From an uncultured Planctomycetia bacterium (GTDB taxonomy: Bacteria; Omnitrophota; Gorgyraeia; 2-02-FULL-51-18), in NCBI GenBank assembly GCA_964642015.1, contig CAZXLF010000001.1, positions 368,168 to 432,167 of the forward strand: DNA of 64,000 nucleotides, written 5' to 3'. Of this stretch, positions 9,544-17,120 are shown in pieces; the first letter of the stretch is position 1; each line of letters starts with the position of its first letter. The translations under genes and the position numbers were made by a program. The notes under the pieces are model-generated. The model worked only from the letters and a program-made list of their open reading frames with translations, was not told the DNA's origin and did not search any database.

Positions 9544-10260
9544 ATGCCAACAGTTATTCAGGAACAGATAAAGATTTTGGTAGAATTGCAGAAGATAGAT
9601 TCCGAAATCTACCATTTAAAAAAAGAATTGGAAACGCACCCGTTGCTTAAGCAAAAGGTCGAAGCAGATTTTGAAAAAAAGAAATCTCGTTTGAAAACAG
9701 CGGAAGAAGAACTCAAAGCGGCGCAGTTGAAGCAAAAGCAGAAAGAAGTTGACCTTCAGGCTCAGGAAGAAAAAATAAAAAAATTGCAATCCCAACTTTA
9801 TCAGTTGAAAACAAATAAAGAATATTCGGCAATGGATATGGAAATCAAGGGTCTCAAGGCTGATAATTCTGTGCTTGAAGAAGATATATTAAAGCTTCTG
9901 GATGCGGTCGATCAAGCCAAGATCAAATGCACTCAGGAAAAAGAAGCTTTGGCTAGCGAGGAAAAGAAATCAAAGGAAGAACTTGCAAGAGTCGCTCAGA
10001 GAGCGACGGAGATCCAGTCGGATCTGGCGGCGCATGAGGAAAAAAGAAAAAGTTATGTCCCCAACGTTGATACCAAACTTGTCGCTCAATACGAGAAGAT
10101 TTTGAAAGGCCGGGAAGGTTTGGCGCTGGTGCCGGTGAGAAATAATTCGTGCAGCGGCTGCCATTTGGAACTGCCGCCTCAAGTCGTGAATGAAATACAG
10201 ATGCAGGACAAGTTGATCGTCTGTGAATCCTGCGCACGGATCCTTTATTGGTCACCGTGA
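9544..10260 (+). CDS. coiled-coil protein with C-terminal C4 zinc ribbon (COG1579 / zf-RING_7 family)
   Basis: Roughly 190 aa of heptad-rich coiled coil followed by CSGC…CESC. This family is commonly encoded next to RNase H. Confidence 0.75.
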   Translation: MPTVIQEQIKILVELQKIDSEIYHLKKELETHPLLKQKVEADFEKKKSRLKTAEEELKAAQLKQKQKEVDLQAQEEKIKKLQSQLYQLKTNKEYSAMDMEIKGLKADNSVLEEDILKLLDAVDQAKIKCTQEKEALASEEKKSKEELARVAQRATEIQSDLAAHEEKRKSYVPNVDTKLVAQYEKILKGREGLALVPVRNNSCSGCHLELPPQVVNEIQMQDKLIVCESCARILYWSP

Positions 10261-10682
10261 AGTCGGTTAAAAAAACGAAGCTGATCGCGTATATTGACGG
10301 TGCTTCACGCGGCAACCCCGGTCCGGCCGCTGCAGGCGTTGTGTTTCAGGATACCGCCGGACAGGTAATAAGGACTCTTTCGATCAGGATTGGTGTTTCG
10401 ACGAATAATATTGCTGAGTATTCGGCATTGATCTTTGCGTTGCAGGAAGCGGTAGCGATGCGCGCCAAAGAGATCGATATTTTTACTGATAGCGAACTCC
10501 TTGCCAAACAGGTCAACGGAGAGTATAAGATAAAAGATGATGCGATCAGAGTGCTGTATAGTTTTGTAGCGCATCTGAAGCGGAATTTTAGTAAAATAAG
10601 CGTAACGCATGTGCCCCGCGAGCGGAATAAGCTCGCTGATCAGCAAGCGAATAAGGCTTTAGACCAAGGTTTTTTATTGTAG
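10248..10682 (+). CDS. rnhA: ribonuclease HI
   Basis: YIDGASRGNPGPAAAGVV…TNN.AEY.AL…TDSELL…HVPRERN gives the RNase H catalytic residues (DEDD) in order. Confidence 0.85.
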   Translation: MVTVKSVKKTKLIAYIDGASRGNPGPAAAGVVFQDTAGQVIRTLSIRIGVSTNNIAEYSALIFALQEAVAMRAKEIDIFTDSELLAKQVNGEYKIKDDAIRVLYSFVAHLKRNFSKISVTHVPRERNKLADQQANKALDQGFLL

Positions 10683-11009
10683 ATCGGATGATCGCGCCGC
10701 AAGGCGAGGAAAGTCCGGGCTCCACAAGCAGCGTGATGGGTAACACCCATCGCCGCCCAACGGCGGCAGGATCAGAGCAGCAGAGACGAGTTCCATTGCT
10801 GTAAAGTGATGGAAGTGAAACGGGCAATCTCCGCGCGGAGCAAGGTCAAATAGGGGAAGAACTCTTTAACTAGAGTGCGAGTGCTTACTCGCTGATTCCC
10901 GGGTAGACCGCTAGATCTTGCTAGTAATGGCAAGGCAAGATGAATGATCGTCACTTATGTCAATGATTCAAAGCGTTCACATAAGACAGAACCCGGCTTA
11001 TAGATCTAC
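10680..11009 (+). ncRNA. rnpB: RNase P RNA (bacterial type A), compact
   Basis: The conserved P4 strands GAGGAAAGUCCGGGCUCC and ACAGAACCCGGCUUA are present. GCAAGGUCAAAUAGGGG and GAUGAAUGA motifs match E. coli M1 RNA. AGAUC/GAUCU termini form P1. The boundaries are approximate. Confidence 0.85.
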
Positions 11010-11070
11010 AGTGAACCAGCCCTTGGAATTTATTTTTCAAGGGCTGGGTAATTTCAAAAGAAACAAATAT

Positions 11071-11424
11071 ATGAAAACCAGATCCCGATATATTTTGACC
11101 TTTTCTTTATTTCTCGCTACGCTGTGCGCTTTAGCGCCGAATGCGTTTTCTACAGACGATGCTTCGACGCCAGCTGTTTCGACCGAACAGAAGAATAAGA
11201 TGGCAGATACCACTGTTTCCACCACAAACTTGATGTCCAGCGGATACAGCTTAGAAACTGATGACCAAAGTGCGTCGGAGAGCTTAGAACGCGTCTCTGG
11301 AAAGGTGGACATGGGTTTTTCATCCCCAGAGAATAGTTTTAAATCGCCTGATCATTATGCTCCGGGGCCTTTTGGCAAGGAAAAATCTGAAGAGCAAAAG
11401 CAAAACGGCGATCTTACCTACTAG
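11071..11424 (+). CDS. small secreted Ser/Thr/Asp-rich protein (hypothetical)
   Basis: Signal peptide MKTRSRYILTFSLFLATLCALAPNAFS followed by a low-complexity region. The longer ORF starting at 10957 would overlap rnpB, so the internal Met is preferred. Confidence 0.4.
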   Translation: MKTRSRYILTFSLFLATLCALAPNAFSTDDASTPAVSTEQKNKMADTTVSTTNLMSSGYSLETDDQSASESLERVSGKVDMGFSSPENSFKSPDHYAPGPFGKEKSEEQKQNGDLTY

Positions 11425-11625
11425 TAGTCTCGGTATATTTATTCCACCAGCACCCCAACTGTTATAACCTTTTTAAGAATCCTTAGCGTTTTTAATTAAA
11501 AATTGTTGCGTAGTGGTATCTTTTTTGTTACCATACCACATATAGTATCTCCTAGAATCATCTAATTTTAACTAGGAGAGATATTGTTTTTGTATCTTAT
11601 TTCACGTAGATCTAAGTCGGGGGAT

Positions 11626-12618
11626 ATGGGTCATCGGAGATTTGCGTTTTTTATCTTATTTGCTTCAACGGGGGGGTGTCTATTCACCCCCTTTTTTATT
11701 ATGCCAATGGCGGAAGCGGACACTATTATTTTGAAAAATGGAAAAGATCTGAAAGGACTTGTGGTTGAAAAGCATGTGGATCGAATCATTCTGAGCACTG
11801 AGAAAGGCGAGATTCCTATTCTGCTCAGCGGCATCAAGGATATTCAATACGATACACCTGAGCAGAATTTTTTCAAAGTAGGAAAAGCTTATGAGGCTGA
11901 AAATAAATTAGGGCAAGCACTAGCGTTCTATGAAAAAGCGTTGGAAGAAAATCCTAATTTTGAAGAAGCTAAGGTTGCGGCGTTGGGAGTGAGAAATCGT
12001 TTCTGGGCCAATTCAACCGAGGGTCCGGTAGACGAAGTTGAAAAACAACAGGCTGTTTATGACGCGTGGCAAAGAGGCTCTTCCGCGGAAGACGTCATCA
12101 AGAAAAAAGAAAAAGAACAAACAAGTCTTCTAAAAGAGCGTTTGGGTCTCACGATCGAGAAAAAAGGGGATTGGGTCCGTATTGCGAATCTGGATTCAAA
12201 GAAAGCTGTGGCATTGGCTGGTCTTAAACGGAACGACCGATTGGTTTCGGTCGACGGCGATTCTCTGCGTTATTTGAATCTCGAAGCAGTAGCAAAGTAC
12301 CTTCTTGTCCCCCGTTACTCTAATTTTAATCTCGAATTCGACCGCGATTGTCTTGTTGTCAAAGAGAGCGCTTTAAAGAGCATGAAAGATATGGGTTTTC
12401 AATTGAAACTGAAATATCAGGGTTTGATTATTTCGTCGGTCAAAGATCAGAGCGCAGCCTCTGCAGCCGGCCTGAAAGATGAGGACCTGCTTACGCACGT
12501 TAATGCTTCCCCGACTCGATATATGCCCATGAAGGATGCAGTGCGTTTGATAGAAGATCCAAAGCAGCAAAAAATTATTTTAACGATCAGACGTTCAGCT
12601 TTGCTGGCAAGGACTTAA
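11626..12618 (+). CDS. membrane-anchored protein with TPR-like helix pair and two PDZ domains (hypothetical)
   Basis: N-terminal hydrophobic segment; …AFYEKALEENPNFEEA…; two PDZ-like segments (GLTIEKKGDWVRIANLD…GLKRNDRLVSVDG and GLIISSVKDQSAASAAGLKDEDLLTHVN). Confidence 0.55.
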   Translation: MGHRRFAFFILFASTGGCLFTPFFIMPMAEADTIILKNGKDLKGLVVEKHVDRIILSTEKGEIPILLSGIKDIQYDTPEQNFFKVGKAYEAENKLGQALAFYEKALEENPNFEEAKVAALGVRNRFWANSTEGPVDEVEKQQAVYDAWQRGSSAEDVIKKKEKEQTSLLKERLGLTIEKKGDWVRIANLDSKKAVALAGLKRNDRLVSVDGDSLRYLNLEAVAKYLLVPRYSNFNLEFDRDCLVVKESALKSMKDMGFQLKLKYQGLIISSVKDQSAASAAGLKDEDLLTHVNASPTRYMPMKDAVRLIEDPKQQKIILTIRRSALLART

Positions 12619-13056
12619 ATGGCTTCAACTTTCCGCAGAAAGAAATATCTTATCGATCGCGGCATACAGTTCCGTTTTGCGCGCTTTGTCATACTTTTTG
12701 TTTTCATGTCCTCACTTTTGACCGGCCTAACGATTTTTTTTACGACATTCATGATGCTTGGAGAAAAACTCGCGGCGGTTTATCCGCAGGGAAGACTTAT
12801 TGAAATTTTCCGTTCGGTTTATTTGGCTTTTTTTATTGATATGCTGGTCGTTGCACCGATTATTTTTGTAGGATCGATCGTGTTCTCGCATCGCATCGCA
12901 GGACCTTTGCCCAAAATTTATCAGGCATTGAAACATATCGGTAATGGAAATTTTGAACAGCATTTAGTTTTGAGAAAACATGACGAGCTGAAAGAATTAG
13001 CGTCCACCATTAATGAAATGGCCCTTAACTTAAAAAACAGAGAAGCGGCAAAATGA
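12619..13056 (+). CDS. two-TM membrane protein consisting only of a HAMP domain (no output domain)
   Basis: TM1 at about aa 22-45, TM2 at about aa 68-90, then a HAMP-like AGPLPKIYQALKHIGNGNFEQHLVLRKHDELKELASTINEMALNL, and then the stop. Confidence 0.5.
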   Translation: MASTFRRKKYLIDRGIQFRFARFVILFVFMSSLLTGLTIFFTTFMMLGEKLAAVYPQGRLIEIFRSVYLAFFIDMLVVAPIIFVGSIVFSHRIAGPLPKIYQALKHIGNGNFEQHLVLRKHDELKELASTINEMALNLKNREAAK

Positions 13057-13119
13057 CAAGCCGTGCCCAACGGGATCGATGATCCGCTGGGAAAAAGATC
13101 TAACGTTAGCATGTAAAAT

Positions 13120-13154
13120 GAGAGAGAACTTCTCGCATAGGGAGGTTCTCTCTC
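13120..13154 (+). other. perfect 10-bp inverted repeat (GAGAGAGAAC…GTTCTCTCTC), hairpin with 15-nt loop
   Basis: Read directly. It lies between the HAMP gene and the mraZ promoter with no T-tract after it. It could be a terminator-like insulator or an operator. Confidence 0.35.
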
Positions 13155-13224
13155 TGTGTTTACGTGTTAAAGATGTTAAATCTTAAGTAAAAAATGATGA
13201 TAAAAAATATTTATATTAATAATG

Positions 13225-13253
13225 TTGACAAGGTGGTGCCAGAGATGTACAAT
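13225..13253 (+). promoter_or_regulatory. consensus sigma70 promoter Pmra (TTGACA-17-TACAAT) for the dcw cluster
   Basis: Perfect -35, 17-nt spacer, TACAAT -10, about 48 nt upstream of the mraZ ATG. Confidence 0.7.
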
Positions 13254-13270
13254 CAACCCATAACAACCCA

Positions 13271-13300
13271 GAAAGTGGGGGAAAGTGGGGAGGTTGGTAG
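13271..13300 (+). promoter_or_regulatory. tandem 10-bp direct repeats GAAAGTGGGG GAAAGTGGGG (AGGTTGGTAG), candidate MraZ operator
   Basis: Exact 10-mer duplication with a third degenerate copy. TGGG(G) boxes at 10-bp phasing between the promoter and the mraZ start codon resemble the MraZ autoregulatory direct repeats described in E. coli. Confidence 0.45.
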
Positions 13301-13765
13301 ATGTTCTACGGAGAACATGAACATAGCGTCGATCGCAAGGGCCGACTCATCATTCCCTCAAAATTTAGAGAGGTTTTTAAAGAAAACTATGTGGAGCGAT
13401 TTTTTATCACTCGAGGTCTTGATTCGTGTCTCTTTGTATTCACGGAAGATGAATGGAAGAAACAGGAATCCAAGTTCAAATCGCTTTCGTTCACGAATAG
13501 CGAGGCAAGACAGTTCAACCGGCTCTATTTTTCCGGAGCCTGCGAGGTTAATTGCGACCGACAGGGAAGGATTTTAGTGCCTCAATACCTGAAAGATTAC
13601 GCAAAGATCAAGCGGGATGTGGTGATCGTCGGAGTTTCAAATCGCATGGAAATTTGGAGCAAGGAAGCGTGGCAGGAATTTTTTAAGAATACGAAGGATT
13701 CGTTCGAGAAGATCGCCGAGAATATTTTTGGGAACGGCGACAACTCATCAGCATTAACCCCATGA
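13301..13765 (+). CDS. mraZ: transcriptional regulator MraZ
   Basis: Duplicated SpoVT/AbrB-like halves with DRKGR/DRQGR motifs (…VDRKGRLIIP… / …CDRQGRILVP…). Confidence 0.9.
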   Translation: MFYGEHEHSVDRKGRLIIPSKFREVFKENYVERFFITRGLDSCLFVFTEDEWKKQESKFKSLSFTNSEARQFNRLYFSGACEVNCDRQGRILVPQYLKDYAKIKRDVVIVGVSNRMEIWSKEAWQEFFKNTKDSFEKIAENIFGNGDNSSALTP

Positions 13766-13775
13766 GGAGGCCCTG

Positions 13776-13991
13776 ATGAAAAGAGAATACGTCAGAGGGC
13801 ATTCGAAACACAGCTTTGAAGATATTTTTGAGGACGGCATCTCGAACATTGAAAGCTTCAAGAGACGCCGGGCATTGCATTCGTTTTGGTCTCTGGATTT
13901 GAGTTCTAAGTTGTTCTTTGAGCGGGTCCTTCATGTCAAACGGGGCAGTGAAGTTGTGTTCGTGACCAAAAGTCAGGGTAGAGGCCGTTAA
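13776..13991 (+). CDS. small ORF (71 aa) between mraZ and rsmH, hypothetical
   Basis: Good SD (AGGAGG 5-6 nt upstream of the ATG). It fills an otherwise unexplained 256-nt gap. No recognisable domain. Confidence 0.3.
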   Translation: MKREYVRGHSKHSFEDIFEDGISNIESFKRRRALHSFWSLDLSSKLFFERVLHVKRGSEVVFVTKSQGRGR

Positions 13992-14021
13992 AAATTTTTT
14001 AAACGTCGCGATTGTTTAAAA

Positions 14022-14906
14022 ATGTTCTCGCACGTCAGCGTTCTTTTTAATGAAGCAATTGAAGGGTTGAATCTGAAATCAGGCAGTGTGATTGTGGATG
14101 GCACGCTTGGAGCAGGTGGACACGCGAAAGGTATTCTGGAGCAACTTGGATCCGCTGGGCGCTTGTTAGGTTTTGATAAAGACCCGGTAGCAATAGATAA
14201 GGCCAAAGAGCTTTTCAAGGAATTTGGAGATCGCGTTATGATTTTTCATGACGATTTTAGAAATATAGAATCCAAGCTGAGGTCTTTGAATCTTGAGGTC
14301 AATGGCATTTTGCTGGATTTGGGTGTTTCATCTCCGCAGTTTGATCAAGCCGAAAGAGGTTTCAGCTTCAAAACGAATGGTCCGCTGGATATGAGGATGA
14401 ATCCGGAAGAAACGCTAACCGCCAAAGACGTGATCGGGAATTACTCAAAGAGACAGCTTGAGGATATTTTTTGGCAATTTGGGGAAGAGCGTTATTCCAG
14501 AAGAATTGCGGATAGGATCGTAGAAGAGCGTCAAAAAAGGCGTATCAACACGACAGCGGAACTGGAGTCTATTATATGGCGCGCGGTTCCGGATAATTAT
14601 CGTCATGGCCGCATACATCCGGCAACAAGGGTTTTTCAGGCGCTTCGGATCGAAGTCAACAAGGAAATAGAGTCGCTAGAGATCTTTTTATCCAGGTTCA
14701 TGAATGTATTGGCCCCGGACGGCAGGGTGGTTATTATTTCTTTTCATTCGTTAGAAGATCGGCTTGTGAAAAATTGTTTTAGAGATTTGGCTCGGCAAAA
14801 AAGAGGACAAGTTTTGACAAAGAAACCAATGACCGCAAGCGCTTCTGAGGTTCAGAGAAACCCAAGATCCCGAAGCGCAAAAATGCGGATCTTCCGAAGG
14901 TTTTAA
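14022..14906 (+). CDS. rsmH: 16S rRNA (cytosine1402-N4)-methyltransferase RsmH/MraW
   Basis: HVSVL…DGTLGAGGH…DLGVSSPQ…ISFHSLEDR motifs. Confidence 0.95.
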   Translation: MFSHVSVLFNEAIEGLNLKSGSVIVDGTLGAGGHAKGILEQLGSAGRLLGFDKDPVAIDKAKELFKEFGDRVMIFHDDFRNIESKLRSLNLEVNGILLDLGVSSPQFDQAERGFSFKTNGPLDMRMNPEETLTAKDVIGNYSKRQLEDIFWQFGEERYSRRIADRIVEERQKRRINTTAELESIIWRAVPDNYRHGRIHPATRVFQALRIEVNKEIESLEIFLSRFMNVLAPDGRVVIISFHSLEDRLVKNCFRDLARQKRGQVLTKKPMTASASEVQRNPRSRSAKMRIFRRF

Positions 14907-14915
14907 GGAGATAGG

Positions 14916-15293
14916 ATGCGCCGTTTCACCGCTTTCATCGTTTGTATGACCTTGGCCGGCCTTGTTTATGTTTACGCCGAAGTCGAAGCGGTCGAGATCG
15001 GTTATACGATCCAAAAGCAAGAGCAAATGAAGGTTCAAGCGCTTGACCGGGCTAGGGCGTTAAAGTACAATATTGCTCGTTTAGAAGCGCCGCATAACCT
15101 TGAACGTAAATTGCTGGCGCAAAAGATTCAGTTGGAAGCCCCGAAACAGTGGCAGACGCTGGTGCTTGCCGCACCAGGAGGGGTCAAGACAGGGCCGTTA
15201 ACTCGAGAGCCGTTCTTTCAAGGCCCGCATTTTTTTGATAGGTTTTTTGTAGGTACTGCTCAGGCCGAAGCCAAGGAATCAGGGCGCAGTTAA
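14916..15293 (+). CDS. ftsL: cell division protein FtsL
   Basis: 125 aa. One TM (AFIVCMTLAGLVYVY) followed by coiled-coil. Canonical position between rsmH and ftsI. Confidence 0.7.
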   Translation: MRRFTAFIVCMTLAGLVYVYAEVEAVEIGYTIQKQEQMKVQALDRARALKYNIARLEAPHNLERKLLAQKIQLEAPKQWQTLVLAAPGGVKTGPLTREPFFQGPHFFDRFFVGTAQAEAKESGRS

Positions 15294-15311
15294 TTCAGTT
15301 TTACAACTATT

Positions 15312-17120
15312 GTGACCGATACTCGATTATCCAAAACTCGGCTGTTCTTTATTTTTTGTTTTTTTCTGCTGGTCTTGGGTTGTCTCTTTGTTCGCCTAGG
15401 CTTTATTCAGATCCTCAAATCCTCTAAATATCTTCAAATCGCTCAAAGCCAATCACGTTCTGTTGTGGACATGCAGCCTGCGCGCGGTCGCGTTGTAGAT
15501 CGTAAGGGTGAAGAATTGGCTCTTGATGTGCGATTGGATTCTCTTTATGCAGTTCCGCGGGATATCCCCAACAAAAGGCAGGTTGCCGATAGATTGTCCC
15601 CTATCTTGGGCATTGATCGCGAAGAAATTTTCAGAAGGCTGGATCGCGACAAGATGTTCGTGTGGATCGCAAGAAAGATCTCAGGCGTCAAAGCTGATGC
15701 GATCAAAAAATTGAAAATCAATACGCTCGGTTTCGTTAAAGAATCAATGAGGGTTTATCCAAAGGGAGATACGGCCTGCCAATTGATTGGCTTTACGAAC
15801 ATAGACAACGATGGCTTGGAGGGGATCGAGCTCCGCTATAATAGTTTTCTCAAAGGGGTGCCGGGATGGCGGCTGGCACAGCATGACGCCAAGCAGCGTG
15901 AACTGGTATCCAAAGAGCTTGAAATGGTACCGCCGGTGGATGGTTACAACATTCACATGACCATTGATGAGGTGATACAGTCGATCGCCGAGAAGGAACT
16001 TGCTGAAACCTGTAAAAAATTCAATGCATTAGGCGGATCCGTTGTTGTGTTAGAGCCTAAAAGCGGGGATATCCTTGCGATGGCGACTTACCCTTCCTAT
16101 GATCTAAATAATTCCAAATCTTCGAATCCTGATAACCGCAGAAACAGGGCGATCACAGATCTTTATGAGCCGGGGTCGGTATTCAAATCCGTCACACTGT
16201 CTTCCATTTTGGAAAATAAGGTGTTTGGCCTTGATGAAAAATTTAATTGCGAGAACGGCGCATGGGCTGTTGCCGGCAAAGTGCTTCATGATCATACAGG
16301 ACACGGTATGCTGACTTTCCGGGAAGTCATTGAAAAATCCAGCAATATCGGGACCGTAAAAGGTGCAATGCGTTTAGGCGGGACCAAGTTGTATAAGACA
16401 ATCCTTGATTTTGGTTTTGGAAAAAGAACAGGCGTCGGGTTAGCCGGAGAAGTGGGTGGATTGGTCCCTAATCCCAAGAATTGGTCTGGCAGCTCGATCA
16501 TTAATATTCCGATCGGACAAGGTGTCGCGGTGACACCTCTGCAATTGGCAATGGCGATGGGTGCGATCGCAAATGACGGATGGCTCATGAAACCCCGCAT
16601 CATTTCGAGTATCGATGATCAAGATGGTAAAGTGATCCAGAGTTTTGAGGCGGAAACTGTCAGAAGAGTTATTTCCAAAGACACTTGTTTGCAGGTGCGT
16701 TCTGTGCTCGAGGGTGTCGTGAGTCGTGGTACGGGCAAGAAGGCTGCAGTTCCCGGATTTAAAGCGGCCGGTAAGACGGGTACAGCTCAGAAACTGCTAC
16801 CCGATGGGCATTATTCGCATGATCAATTTTTTGCGTCGTTCGTTGGTTTTGTCCCTTACGACGAACCGAAAGTAGTCATAGCGGTGAGCATAGACCAGCC
16901 TCACCCGGTTTATTATGGCGGTGACGTTGCGGCGCCCGCGTTCTCAAGGATCGCTTCCAGTATCCTGGCCTATTGGCAGATCTCGCAAAATACCGCTCCC
17001 CCTGAAGTAGTTTCTTCTTCCGCAAAAAATTTGGAAAGAAAAGGCAGAAAAGCTTCTTATAAGAAAGTAATGGCCCCGCCGATCGATATCAAATCCCAAT
17101 CAGGGATCGCCAGTCAATGA
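15312..17120 (+). CDS. ftsI: peptidoglycan D,D-transpeptidase FtsI (class B PBP)
   Basis: GTG start, TM anchor, PBP dimerisation domain, transpeptidase motifs SVFK, SSN and KTGT. Confidence 0.9.
   Translation: MTDTRLSKTRLFFIFCFFLLVLGCLFVRLGFIQILKSSKYLQIAQSQSRSVVDMQPARGRVVDRKGEELALDVRLDSLYAVPRDIPNKRQVADRLSPILGIDREEIFRRLDRDKMFVWIARKISGVKADAIKKLKINTLGFVKESMRVYPKGDTACQLIGFTNIDNDGLEGIELRYNSFLKGVPGWRLAQHDAKQRELVSKELEMVPPVDGYNIHMTIDEVIQSIAEKELAETCKKFNALGGSVVVLEPKSGDILAMATYPSYDLNNSKSSNPDNRRNRAITDLYEPGSVFKSVTLSSILENKVFGLDEKFNCENGAWAVAGKVLHDHTGHGMLTFREVIEKSSNIGTVKGAMRLGGTKLYKTILDFGFGKRTGVGLAGEVGGLVPNPKNWSGSSIINIPIGQGVAVTPLQLAMAMGAIANDGWLMKPRIISSIDDQDGKVIQSFEAETVRRVISKDTCLQVRSVLEGVVSRGTGKKAAVPGFKAAGKTGTAQKLLPDGHYSHDQFFASFVGFVPYDEPKVVIAVSIDQPHPVYYGGDVAAPAFSRIASSILAYWQISQNTAPPEVVSSSAKNLERKGRKASYKKVMAPPIDIKSQSGIASQ

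Noticed and set aside
9902-10315. Arg/Lys-rich 67-aa + ORF and 120-aa minus ORF
   Set aside because: They are within or antisense to the COG1579 coiled-coil gene. The charged-repeat DNA yields spurious frames.
10588-10954. 79-aa and 60-aa minus-strand ORFs overlapping 10680-11009
   Set aside because: This span is RNase P RNA, with conserved P4 and other motifs. The ORFs are incidental.
10957-11070. N-terminal extension of the secreted-protein ORF (start at 10957)
   Set aside because: It would overlap the rnpB 3' end. An internal Met at 11071 gives a clean signal peptide.
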